From contig CAMODW010000003.1 of NCBI GenBank assembly GCA_946611635.1, positions 2,364 through 66,363 of the forward strand: DNA of 64,000 bases, read 5' to 3'. Below the pieces are notes generated by a model. The model had not been told where the DNA came from. It saw only the letters and a program-made list of their open reading frames with translations, and did no database searches. The DNA is from an uncultured Bacillota bacterium (GTDB taxonomy: Bacteria > Bacillota_I > Bacilli_A > RF39 > UBA660). The number at the start of each line of letters is the position of its first letter. Positions within the stretch are counted from its first letter, which is position 1. Positions 41,949 to 51,093 of the stretch are shown here, one piece after another. A program made the position numbers and the translations under genes.

Positions 41949-42506
41949 ATGCCTAGTATATGTTCACATATGATTATAGCTAAAGAAGTTGCCAAAAGAT
42001 TAAATATTAATAGTGATGAATTTATTAGAGGTAATTTACTCCCTGATATTATCGATTTAAAAGACAGTCATCATAAAATAAAAAAAAGTGTTTATATGGT
42101 TCCTAATATTAATTATTTTATAAAAAAACTAGATCTCACTAGTGAATTAGATATGGGATATCTAACACATTTATTGTTAGATAAACATTATTTAGAAGAT
42201 TATTTAAGTAATTTATATCCAAATAAGAATGTATTCTTGGATGGTTTAATATATAAAGATTATGATTATTTAAATCATTTATTAATAAAAGAATACAAGT
42301 TAGATACTGAGTATATAAGAAAAGTATTAATAAAGTACGATTGCAATATTTCAAAAGAAAAGTTAAAATATAATATAAACTGTTTGGGACAAAACATATC
42401 TGGAGAAACATATTATTTAAAATATAATAGTTTTTCAGAATTTCTAAGAAATATTTCTAAAACAATTAGTGAGGAGTTGGTTAAGTATGCAAATAAACCT
42501 AATTAG
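41949..42506 (+). CDS. Putative metal-dependent hydrolase (His-rich, zinc-dependent phospholipase-C-like N-terminal pattern)
   Basis: MPSICSHMIIAKEV...GNLLPDI...SHH...THLLLDKHY pattern. Assignment is weak. Confidence 0.35.
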   Translation: MPSICSHMIIAKEVAKRLNINSDEFIRGNLLPDIIDLKDSHHKIKKSVYMVPNINYFIKKLDLTSELDMGYLTHLLLDKHYLEDYLSNLYPNKNVFLDGLIYKDYDYLNHLLIKEYKLDTEYIRKVLIKYDCNISKEKLKYNINCLGQNISGETYYLKYNSFSEFLRNISKTISEELVKYANKPN

Positions 42507-43200
42507 TTGTCTATTCGTATTAGATAGTGAAAAAAATGATAATATTAGAAAAAATGATATAAAAAAAATAAAAGTATTGGTAGATAAAAATGGTAATTTA
42601 CCTTCTATATTAAATGACGGGAAGCACATGAGGACAAAGATAAATGAAATGTTGACTAGTATAGTTGGGACTAATAATTTTCATACGCAACAAGTTTGTG
42701 CAATGTCATATGATGATAGTGTAGATATTGTTTATGTAGGAGCAATGAATATAGAAAATATAAAACAATTATATGATAATTATCAATTGTTAGATTTTAA
42801 AGTAAAGGGTAATAATACTATTTTTATTGGGGATAAAATATTTAATTATAAGACAGTAGAAATAATAGAGAATAAGAATATAATTTATAAACAAATAATA
42901 GATATCGAAGATGAAGTATTAAAAAGAAAAATGAAGAATATTCTTCTATCATATAAACGTATAAGAGTAGATATAGATACTACAGATGTAATATTTAAAT
43001 TTATGCCAAATGAATTTACTTTAGAAGATGTTAGAATTGTATATGAAATAATAAAAGATCAAGAAGTAGATAAATCTAATTTTCGAAAGAAAATAAGTAA
43101 ATACTGTAAAAAATTAGATAATAAGTCTAATGAAAAAACAGGGTATAGACCTAGTCAAAAATATGAATTTGTACCATTGAAAGGAGATGTATGGTTATGA
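42487..43200 (+). CDS. NrtR-like regulator: degenerate Nudix-like N-domain plus C-terminal winged helix
   Basis: C-terminus FTLEDVRIVYEIIKDQEVDKSNFRKKISKY...GYRPSQKYEF matches the NrtR-type wHTH pattern. No intact Nudix box seen. Overlaps the upstream ORF. Confidence 0.55.
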   Translation: MQINLISCLFVLDSEKNDNIRKNDIKKIKVLVDKNGNLPSILNDGKHMRTKINEMLTSIVGTNNFHTQQVCAMSYDDSVDIVYVGAMNIENIKQLYDNYQLLDFKVKGNNTIFIGDKIFNYKTVEIIENKNIIYKQIIDIEDEVLKRKMKNILLSYKRIRVDIDTTDVIFKFMPNEFTLEDVRIVYEIIKDQEVDKSNFRKKISKYCKKLDNKSNEKTGYRPSQKYEFVPLKGDVWL

Positions 43201-43757
43201 TTATTGCTTCAAATAATAAAGGTAAAATAGAAGAAATAAAAAAAATACTAAGTGAATATGAGATTTATTCTTTGAAAGATAAAAATATAAATGTTGATGT
43301 AGAAGAAGATGAGGATACATTTTTGGGTAATGCAACTAAAAAAGCTAAAGAAATATATGGTATAGCAAAAGAAGGGACTATAGCTGATGATTCAGGATTA
43401 TGTATTGATTGTTTAGATGGATTTCCTGGTGTTATGACACATAGATTCTTAGGGGAAGATGCAACTGATAGAATGAGAAATGAATACTTGATAAAAGAAG
43501 TTAACAAACATGAAGATAGAAGTGCACAGTTTGTTTGTAATATGGTATATTATGATGGAGAGAGAACTGTTGTTGGAGAAGGAATATTAAATGGTGTTAT
43601 AGCACGAGAATGTAGAGGAGAAAATGGTTTTGGTTTTGATGAGATTTTTGAATTACCAAATGGCTTAACATTAGCTGAACTATCATCAAAAGAAAAAAAC
43701 GAAGTTAGTTCAAGAACTCTTGCTTTAAAAGATTTAAGAAATAAATTAAATAACTAG
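43197..43757 (+). CDS. rdgB: Non-canonical purine NTP pyrophosphatase (RdgB/HAM1 family)
   Basis: IIASNNKGKIEE, DDSGLCIDCLDGFPGV and GFGFDEIF motifs. The start overlaps the upstream stop. Confidence 0.85.
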   Translation: MIIASNNKGKIEEIKKILSEYEIYSLKDKNINVDVEEDEDTFLGNATKKAKEIYGIAKEGTIADDSGLCIDCLDGFPGVMTHRFLGEDATDRMRNEYLIKEVNKHEDRSAQFVCNMVYYDGERTVVGEGILNGVIARECRGENGFGFDEIFELPNGLTLAELSSKEKNEVSSRTLALKDLRNKLNN

Positions 43758-43774
43758 TCTAAAGACTAGTTTTT
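43753..43774 (+). terminator. Operon terminator; third member of the ACTAGTC-loop-GACTAG hairpin family
   Basis: ACTAGTC-TAAA-GACTAGT followed by T5. The stem is identical to copies at 35737 and 36390 and only the loop differs. Confidence 0.75.
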
Positions 43775-43794
43775 GTTTACGTTGTACAATGTAA

Positions 43795-44067
43795 TTGGAA
43801 GATTCATATATATTATTAAATGCAACAATAAATGATAATAAAGAAATATTTAATGTACTAAGTAATCCTACAGAAGGTATTGATTATTTTGCGATTACTG
43901 AAGACGATAACTATGAACTTTATAATGTAGGTGGTGTGTATACTATTTTTAGCAAGTATGATTATAATATTCAATCAGTTGCTGATAAGTTTCCTGAACA
44001 AATAAATAATAGAGTTCGCTTTGAAGAAGCGCCTGATGATTCTATGTTTGTTCCATTTAATATGTAA
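43795..44067 (+). CDS. Hypothetical small protein (TTG start)
   Basis: 90 aa ORF with no recognisable motif. Confidence 0.4.
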   Translation: MEDSYILLNATINDNKEIFNVLSNPTEGIDYFAITEDDNYELYNVGGVYTIFSKYDYNIQSVADKFPEQINNRVRFEEAPDDSMFVPFNM

Positions 44068-44113
44068 TTATTTAAAATGATATTATGATGATATAATTAT
44101 TATAGGTGATAAC

Positions 44114-44578
44114 ATGGAATTTATAGAGAATAAAATAATGAAAGATGACTTTTTAAAGATTAAAGAAGATAAAGTTATGTTTATTACAAATCCTGGGCGA
44201 ATGGGTGATGAAGATGGCTCAACGTTTATAATAAAAGAAGAAGATGAATTTAAAATATATAGATTGGATAATTGGATGTATAGAAGTAGAGATTTTGATG
44301 AAAGGGAATATATTTCGTTAGATGATGCTTTAAAGCAATTTCCTGAATGGAAGAAAGCATGGAATAATAATGATAATAAAGGCAAATATACATATCTATA
44401 TATGGGATTTGGTAATGGTTTAGCAGTTGATAATGGAATTTATGGAGAATTTAAACCATATCTTGATAAGAGAGTAAAGAAGTATTTAGAAAAGAAGGAA
44501 GATAAAGAAAGTATGCAATATGCAGCAGTATTTGATACTTGGAAAGATGCTTTTCTAGATATGATAAATAATAAATAA
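44114..44578 (+). CDS. Hypothetical protein
   Basis: 154 aa ORF with ATAGGTGA upstream of the ATG. Confidence 0.5.
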   Translation: MEFIENKIMKDDFLKIKEDKVMFITNPGRMGDEDGSTFIIKEEDEFKIYRLDNWMYRSRDFDEREYISLDDALKQFPEWKKAWNNNDNKGKYTYLYMGFGNGLAVDNGIYGEFKPYLDKRVKKYLEKKEDKESMQYAAVFDTWKDAFLDMINNK

Positions 44579-44604
44579 AAACATCTCAAACGAGATGTTT
44601 TATT
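44577..44604. terminator. Bidirectional hairpin between convergent genes
   Basis: AACATCTC-AAAC-GAGATGTT flanked by A and T runs. Confidence 0.65.
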
Positions 44605-46198
44605 TAGCTGTAAAATATCCTGGATTAGATGGACCACCATCTATATGAGCATATTCATCATTTATTTTAGTACTATTAAATACAGTTCCCATGCCTCCAA
44701 CAAGTTTATAATCTTGCCAGAACATATCTTTTACAAGGCTCTCTGACTTTTTATTAGCAGTCGTAAATTTATCACCAACATAGATAGTTTTTAATCTACC
44801 ACACGAACGGAACATATTATCAAAAGCCGTAGCATTAGTTGTATCAAAACTGCTTATATCTAAAACTTCTAATTTAGAGGCACCATTAAACATGGTTTGA
44901 TAATTCTTAACCTTTGGTGTTCTAAAATTACTCAAGTCTAAGGTTTTAAGACCTACACTTTGAAACATAGTAGACATATTAGTAACATTAGAAGTATCAA
45001 AGCTACTCAAGTTAAGACTTGTTAAACTATAATCACCACTAAACATATAGTGCATATTAGTTACTTTAGAGGTATTAAAATTACTTAAATCTAAGCTTTT
45101 TAATCTAAAATTACCAGCGAACATTCCGGTCATATTAGTTACTTTCGAAGTATCAAAACTACTTACATCTAAAGCAGATAGATTGTGTAATTCCATAAAC
45201 ATATTATTCATATTATTTACTTTCGAAGTATTAAAATTACTTATATTCAATGATGTTAAAGCATTACATCCTCTAAACATTTCTTCCATATTAGTAACAT
45301 TATCTGTTTTTAATGAACTTAAATCTAATGTTTTAAGACTAGTAGCTTGTAAAAACATATATCCCATGTTTGTTGTATTATAAGTATTTAAGTTCTCTAT
45401 ACCTTCAATAGTTTTTAAATTAAACATATAAGCGAATAGAGCATAAGTTGATTTAACAAATATTTGTCCTTCTGATCCAATAGTTACTTCATATAAACCA
45501 TTTCTATCTTTATCTTCTACCCACGAAAGAATAGTTCCTTTTGATCCGGCTCCTGCATCAAAACAATCTCTGTTATTCTTTTTATGACCTTCTAAACTAT
45601 TAGTAAATCTAACTTTTTCAATTTTTTTCTTCGCAGTTTTAGTTCTTAAGAATACTTCAGTACCATTACTCTCTGAATATCCCAAATGGAATGAATTCTT
45701 CATTAAGAAATCAGATCCAGGAGGAGGAGTATTCTCTTCAAGTATAGGATAAGAAACTTTATCACATTGAATTTTAAACATTTCTTCTTTTTTAAGTTTA
45801 GACATTCTAAATACTTTTTTGATTTCGGTTTCTTTTAAGCCCTCTCCCGTATATTTAAAGCCATAAACACTATCGGTAATATAGTATTCAATAACATTTC
45901 CGGATGCGTTTAATTTTATATAGTATTCTATTTCATTTCTGACACTTAATGGCAACTCATTATCACATTTTTTTTCTTTTGTTCTAGAGTAAACTATTTC
46001 TTTTGCTTCAGTTATTGTATCATTCATCCATGTTTTTTGAGCAGACCTATATACTTGTCTTACTTCATTTAAAAACATGTTCTTTTTAGAATAATTTAGT
46101 ATTGTTGTTACTCCTATTAAAGCCATAATAATAATTATTGCTAATATCGCTATAACGGCTAGTAATTCAACTAAGGTAAAACCTCTATTATTTTTCAT
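44600..46198 (-). CDS. Type IV pilin-like leader fused to BspA-type leucine-rich repeats (DUF285-like)
   Basis: N-terminus MKNNRGFTLVELLAVIAILAIIII is a class III prepilin signal (G/FTLVE). The C-terminal half holds about 9 repeats of DLSNFNTSKVTNMxxMF. Confidence 0.8.
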   Translation of the reverse strand: MKNNRGFTLVELLAVIAILAIIIIMALIGVTTILNYSKKNMFLNEVRQVYRSAQKTWMNDTITEAKEIVYSRTKEKKCDNELPLSVRNEIEYYIKLNASGNVIEYYITDSVYGFKYTGEGLKETEIKKVFRMSKLKKEEMFKIQCDKVSYPILEENTPPPGSDFLMKNSFHLGYSESNGTEVFLRTKTAKKKIEKVRFTNSLEGHKKNNRDCFDAGAGSKGTILSWVEDKDRNGLYEVTIGSEGQIFVKSTYALFAYMFNLKTIEGIENLNTYNTTNMGYMFLQATSLKTLDLSSLKTDNVTNMEEMFRGCNALTSLNISNFNTSKVNNMNNMFMELHNLSALDVSSFDTSKVTNMTGMFAGNFRLKSLDLSNFNTSKVTNMHYMFSGDYSLTSLNLSSFDTSNVTNMSTMFQSVGLKTLDLSNFRTPKVKNYQTMFNGASKLEVLDISSFDTTNATAFDNMFRSCGRLKTIYVGDKFTTANKKSESLVKDMFWQDYKLVGGMGTVFNSTKINDEYAHIDGGPSNPGYFTAK

Positions 46199-46331
46199 GC
46201 AATCACCAATAAAATTGTAACATATTTTGAATTGAACAAATACTAATAAAATGTTATTTTATAATTTTTCATAGTTGTGTGATTTTTTAGGAATCTTATT
46301 GTTATGTGTTATAATTAGTTGGGTGATTTAT

Positions 46332-46733
46332 GTGAAAGTATTAACTTTAAAACAACCTTGGGCTACATTAGTAGCGGAAGGAATTAAAATATATGAGTTT
46401 AGATCTTGGAAAACAAAATATAGAGGAAAAGTATTAATACATGCTGGCGCAGGTGTTGATAAAAAAGATATGGTTAGATTTAAAGAATTGAATTTTAATT
46501 ATCCTGCAAGTAAAATTGTTGCTATTGCAGATTTAGATGATTGCTTAGAATTAGATGAAAAATTAAATGATGAAATAATTGCAGAAGGTAATATAGCATA
46601 TGGAAATAAAAGAAGAACGGGTTATGCTTGGAAGTTAAAAAATATTAAAAAAGTTAGATATGATGTGGAAGTAAAAGGTAAACTTGGCCTTTGGAATTAT
46701 GAAATAAATGAAGAAGATTTGGAATTAATATAA
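46332..46733 (+). CDS. ASCH-domain protein
   Basis: LTLKQPWATLVAEGIKIYEFRSW is a typical ASCH N-terminus. Start uncertain (GTG 46332 proposed). Confidence 0.6.
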   Translation: MKVLTLKQPWATLVAEGIKIYEFRSWKTKYRGKVLIHAGAGVDKKDMVRFKELNFNYPASKIVAIADLDDCLELDEKLNDEIIAEGNIAYGNKRRTGYAWKLKNIKKVRYDVEVKGKLGLWNYEINEEDLELI

Positions 46734-46761
46734 GTATTTCTTGGGAATTTATAAAAAGTGT

Positions 46762-46790
46762 TTGACATATTGTTTTTATAGTGATAAATT
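46762..46790 (+). promoter_or_regulatory. Sigma-A-type promoter of the leuA-like leader
   Basis: TTGACA, then a ~17-nt spacer and TGaTAAATT. Confidence 0.55.
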
Positions 46791-46795
46791 GTATT

Positions 46796-46890
46796 TATTG
46801 AGTGAGTTCAAGTATGGACGTAGTCCTAGCCTTGAAGGGGAAACCTACACGAGAAATCGGAGTCACCTATATAGGTGTACTCCGTTTTTT
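46796..46890 (+). promoter_or_regulatory. Structured leader element ending in an intrinsic terminator (class unknown)
   Basis: CGGAGTCACCTA-TA-TAGGTGTACTCCG hairpin (46858-46884) followed by T6. Preceded by ~60 nt of relatively GC-rich sequence. Confidence 0.5.
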
Positions 46891-46908
46891 AATAGAGGAG
46901 AAATAATT

Positions 46909-46968
46909 ATGGAAAATGTGTTTTTTGTTAATATAGCTCTTTTATTAGACTTATTACTACGACTCTAG
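46909..46968 (+). CDS. Leu-rich leader peptide MENVFFVNIALLLDLLLRL (19 codons, 7 Leu)
   Basis: GAGGAG lies 8 nt upstream of the ATG. The stop codon overlaps the first arm of the downstream alternative structures. Confidence 0.65.
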   Translation: MENVFFVNIALLLDLLLRL

Positions 46969-47046
46969 TAATAGGTTTATTTGTACTGGAAAAAAATAGT
47001 ATTAAGTATATGAAACCTATTACTTGTTTATAGTAATAGGTTTTTT
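46967..47046 (+). promoter_or_regulatory. Three-segment attenuator: antiterminator arm (46967-46978), shared arm (47013-47024), terminator arm (47032-47043) plus T-run
   Basis: AGTAATAGGTTT occurs twice, and both copies are perfectly complementary to AAACCTATTACT. The second pairing is followed by T6. Confidence 0.7.
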
Positions 47047-47066
47047 AATTGGAAAGGGATATAAAA

Positions 47067-48242
47067 ATGAAAAAAGTAAAAATATTTGATACAACACTTA
47101 GAGATGGAGAACAATCTCCTGGTTGCTCAATGAGTAAAGAAGATAAAATAAGAATAGCTAAACAATTGGATGAAATGGGAGTAGATGTTATAGAAGCTGG
47201 ATTTGCAGCTAGTAATCAAAAGGACTTTGAAGCAATAAAAGAAATAGCTAAAGTTGTCAAAAGGGCAACGGTAGTATCTTTAGCTAGGTGTAATAAGAAA
47301 GATATAGATAAAGCTTATGAAAGTGTAAGAGATGCTGTTCATCCTAAAATACATGTATTTATTGCTACTAGTGATATACATATGTATTATAAGCTTAGAA
47401 TGGATAGGGAAGAAGTAATAGAAAAAGTTAGGGAGTGTGTAACATACGCAAAGGGAAAGTGTGATGAAATAGAGTTTTCTTTAGAAGATGCAACGCGTAG
47501 TAATCCAGATTTTGCTTGTAGAGTAATTGATACTGCTATTGAATGTGGCGCTAATACTATTAATATTCCTGATACTGTTGGATATATTACAAATGAAGAA
47601 TTTAAGAATTTTATAGTATATTTAAAATGTAATAGTAGATTGGATGAAGTTGAATTATCAGTTCATTGTCATAATGATTTGGGACTAGCAACAGCTAATT
47701 CGTTGATGGCAGTCATGTGTGGGGCTAATCAAGTAGAATGTACTGTTAATGGAATAGGAGAGAGAGCTGGTAATGCTGCGATGGAAGAAATTGTTGCGGC
47801 TATAAAAACACGTAGTGATATATTTGATGCATATACTAATATAGATACAAGAAAAATAAAGATGATAAGTAATATGGTAATAGAAGCTACTGGTTCTATG
47901 GTTCAAAATAATAAAGCGGTTGTTGGTGAAAATGCTTTTAAACACGAATCTGGTATACATCAAGCAGGGGTTATTAGTGAACGCCAAACTTATGAACTTA
48001 TGGATCCTAGTGAATATGGAATTGAAGAAGATAGCATTGTTATAGGAATTCACTCTGGTAAAGCTGCTATAGTTGATAAGATACAAAAGATGGGAATGAA
48101 TCCTTTTGATTATGAGATTGATGAAATAGTTAAAGATATAAAATCTTATTGTGAAAGTAGTAAAAGTGTACCAGATGAAAAGTTCTTTGAAATAGTAAGT
48201 GCAAATAAAAAATATAGAATAGCTCTTAATAAGGCGATGTGA
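47067..48242 (+). CDS. 2-isopropylmalate synthase-like (LeuA/DRE-TIM family), short form without C-terminal regulatory domain
   Basis: TTLRDGEQSPG and HCHNDLGLATAN motifs. 391 aa, versus more than 500 aa for regulated LeuA. Confidence 0.75.
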   Translation: MKKVKIFDTTLRDGEQSPGCSMSKEDKIRIAKQLDEMGVDVIEAGFAASNQKDFEAIKEIAKVVKRATVVSLARCNKKDIDKAYESVRDAVHPKIHVFIATSDIHMYYKLRMDREEVIEKVRECVTYAKGKCDEIEFSLEDATRSNPDFACRVIDTAIECGANTINIPDTVGYITNEEFKNFIVYLKCNSRLDEVELSVHCHNDLGLATANSLMAVMCGANQVECTVNGIGERAGNAAMEEIVAAIKTRSDIFDAYTNIDTRKIKMISNMVIEATGSMVQNNKAVVGENAFKHESGIHQAGVISERQTYELMDPSEYGIEEDSIVIGIHSGKAAIVDKIQKMGMNPFDYEIDEIVKDIKSYCESSKSVPDEKFFEIVSANKKYRIALNKAM

Positions 48243-48354
48243 TATATGTAATTTTGTAAAGCTATAGTTATTTAGATATGCAATTTTGTCTAATTGTCTT
48301 TATTTTACATGTTCTTAAGTAAAAATATGTGTTAAAATACTATTGGTGATAGTA

Positions 48355-49131
48355 ATGGAATTAAGAAGAAAAAACGTTATAGTAACAGGAGCTGCTTCTG
48401 GTTTAGGTAAAGAATTAACTAAACAATTAATTAATAAAGGATGTAAAGTAGCAGCTATAGATATAAATGAAGAAAATCTAAAAAAACTAAGAGAAGAAAT
48501 AAATAATAGAAGGTTAAAGACTTATGTTGTAGATATGTCTAGTCAAGATTCTATTAAGAACTTTAGGATAGATTATTTAAAAGATTATACAGATGTTGAT
48601 GTTATTATTAATAATGCAGGTATTATACAACCGTTTACAAAAGTTTCAGAATTAAACGATGGTATTATTAATAAAGTTATGAATGTTAATTTCTTTGGAC
48701 CTTTAAACTTAATTAGATATTTTATGGAAGACTTAACTAAAGATAGATATGAACAATATATTGTAAATGTTTCTAGTATGGGTGGCTTTTTTCCATTTCC
48801 GGGTCAAACTGTTTATGGAGCTTCTAAGGCAGCGTTGAAAATTCTTACAGAAGGTCTTTATGCTGAACTTATGGATAGTAATGTTCATGTAATGGTTGTT
48901 TTCCCTGGTGCTATAAATACTGATATAGCTAAAAATTCAAACGTTGAAATCGATAATGTAAATGGAAGTTATAAATTATTAGAAGCAGACCAGGCTGCTG
49001 CACAAATAATAAAAGGTATGGAAAAAAATAAGTTTAAATTATTCTTGGGAAGTGATTCTAAATTTTTGAAATTTTTATATAAAATAAATGCTAAATGGGC
49101 AATTAGATTTATAGGAAATAAAATGAAGTAG
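48355..49131 (+). CDS. Short-chain dehydrogenase/reductase
   Basis: TGAASGLG cofactor motif and YGASKAA catalytic motif. Confidence 0.8.
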   Translation: MELRRKNVIVTGAASGLGKELTKQLINKGCKVAAIDINEENLKKLREEINNRRLKTYVVDMSSQDSIKNFRIDYLKDYTDVDVIINNAGIIQPFTKVSELNDGIINKVMNVNFFGPLNLIRYFMEDLTKDRYEQYIVNVSSMGGFFPFPGQTVYGASKAALKILTEGLYAELMDSNVHVMVVFPGAINTDIAKNSNVEIDNVNGSYKLLEADQAAAQIIKGMEKNKFKLFLGSDSKFLKFLYKINAKWAIRFIGNKMK

Positions 49132-49142
49132 GAGACATTTAT

Positions 49143-49817
49143 ATGGAAAAAAATAAAAAGAGTTTTATTATTAGTGGATGTTTGTTTCTCTTATTTATTG
49201 TTTTTACTATAATTGTTAAATATGTTGATGTACATAGTATTGGACCAAAAGGTAGTCTTGTTGGTCTAGCTACTATTAATAATTCTTTTCGTAATGTTTT
49301 AGATTATAATGAACTGTTTTATAAAATAAGTGAAATATTAGGTTATTTATCATTATTATTAGTAGTTTTTTATGGGGGAATAGGAGTTAAACAATTAATA
49401 GAGAAAAAAAATCTATATAAAGTTGATAGAAGCCTTTTATTATTAGGTATGTTTTATGTATTAGTAGGAATTGTTTATATAATATTTGAATTTGTTGTTA
49501 TTAATTATAGACCAATTATTTTGGAAGAAGGATTGGAAGCTTCATATCCTTCTTCTCATACTATACTTTCAATTTGTGTATGTATTAGTAGTATATTGAT
49601 AAGTAAAAAAATATTTAAAAATGAAAAAGTTGTAAATGTATTTAATATTTTTACAATTATTCTAATGGTACTTATTGTATTAACTAGATTATTATCAGGA
49701 GTTCATTGGCTAACTGATATAATAGGTGGAATTATTATTTCTATGGCTTTATGTACACTTTTTGATGCTTTTTTAAATATAGATAAGAAGCGAAAAAAAA
49801 TAAATATTAAAATATAA
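49143..49817 (+). CDS. PAP2-family membrane phosphatase
   Basis: SYPSSHT and SGVHWLTD motifs in a multi-pass membrane protein. Confidence 0.7.
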   Translation: MEKNKKSFIISGCLFLLFIVFTIIVKYVDVHSIGPKGSLVGLATINNSFRNVLDYNELFYKISEILGYLSLLLVVFYGGIGVKQLIEKKNLYKVDRSLLLLGMFYVLVGIVYIIFEFVVINYRPIILEEGLEASYPSSHTILSICVCISSILISKKIFKNEKVVNVFNIFTIILMVLIVLTRLLSGVHWLTDIIGGIIISMALCTLFDAFLNIDKKRKKINIKI

Positions 49818-49905
49818 TTTTAATATTTTTTTTGTGTAAATAAATATTAAAAATTTTTAATTAATAAAGCATATAATGATATAATTTTAGTATAGGAGTG
49901 ATAAA

Positions 49906-51093
49906 ATGAGAGATGTTGGAACGGTTGTTAGGGGAATAAGAACACCTATTATTAAAGAAAATGATGATTTGGAGAATATAGTTGTTGATTCTATTTTAGA
50001 AGCTCAAAAGAATAATGGCTTTGAGTTTCATGATAGAGATATTGTTGCAATTACAGAGGCTGTAGTAGGAATAAGTGAAGGAAACTATGTTACAGTAGAT
50101 CAAGTGACACAAGATATTAAAAATAAGTTTAATAATCCTGATGAATTGGGAATAGTTTTTCCTATCTTAAGTAGGAATAGATTTTCTATTATATTAAAAG
50201 CTATTGCTAGAAGTACAAAGAAATTATATGTATTACTTTCTTTTCCAAGCGATGAGGTTGGTAATGGAATTTTAGATGAAGAAAAATTAGATGATAGTAA
50301 ATTTAATCTAGGTAGTGTTATTACTGAAGATGAATATATGGAAAACTTTGGTGATTGGTTGCATCCTTTTACTGGTATCAATATGATAAAGTTTTATAAG
50401 GAATTAATAGAGAAAGAAGGATGTGAAGCGGTATTTGTTTTGTCTAATAAGGCTACAGATATATTAAATTATACTAATAATGTACTTAGCTGTGATATAC
50501 ATACTAGATTTAAAACAAAGAAAATGCTAGAAGCTAAAGGAGCAACTGTTTTTGGATTATATGAGATAATGAATAAACCTATTGGAGATAGTGGGTATAA
50601 TGAAAAATATGGTATGCTTGGATCTAATAAATCTACCGAAGAAAGATTGAAATTATTTCCTAGAACTGGACAAAAATTAGTTGAAGGTATTCAAAAGAAA
50701 TTAAAAGAAAAAACTGGTAAAACTATAGAAGTTATGGTTTATGGAGATGGTGCATTTAGAGATCCAGTTGGAAAAATATGGGAACTAGCTGATCCTGTAG
50801 TAAGTCCTGCTTATACTAGTGGACTTGAAGGAACTCCAAATGAAATAAAACTTAAATTTGTTTCTGATAATAAATTCCCAGATTTACATGGTGATGAACT
50901 AAAAAAAGCTATTCAAGAAGAAATAAGAAAAAAAGATAAAGATTTAAAAGGACAAATGATTACTCAAGGAACAACTCCTCGAAGACTAACAGATTTAATT
51001 GGATCTTTGTGTGATTTAACTAGTGGTAGTGGTGATAAAGGAACTCCAGTAGTATTTATTCAAGGATATTTTGATAATTTGGCTGATGAATAA
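49906..51093 (+). CDS. CofE-like (F420-0:gamma-glutamyl ligase family) protein
   Basis: The N-terminal pattern GIRTPIIKENDDL...DRDIVAITEAVVGISEGN resembles this family. Function in this organism is unclear. Confidence 0.5.
   Translation: MRDVGTVVRGIRTPIIKENDDLENIVVDSILEAQKNNGFEFHDRDIVAITEAVVGISEGNYVTVDQVTQDIKNKFNNPDELGIVFPILSRNRFSIILKAIARSTKKLYVLLSFPSDEVGNGILDEEKLDDSKFNLGSVITEDEYMENFGDWLHPFTGINMIKFYKELIEKEGCEAVFVLSNKATDILNYTNNVLSCDIHTRFKTKKMLEAKGATVFGLYEIMNKPIGDSGYNEKYGMLGSNKSTEERLKLFPRTGQKLVEGIQKKLKEKTGKTIEVMVYGDGAFRDPVGKIWELADPVVSPAYTSGLEGTPNEIKLKFVSDNKFPDLHGDELKKAIQEEIRKKDKDLKGQMITQGTTPRRLTDLIGSLCDLTSGSGDKGTPVVFIQGYFDNLADE

Noticed and set aside
46741-46968. 75-aa ORF from the track
   Set aside because: It reads through a promoter and a terminator hairpin. 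Only its last 19 codons, which have their own SD and ATG, make biological sense, as a Leu leader peptide.
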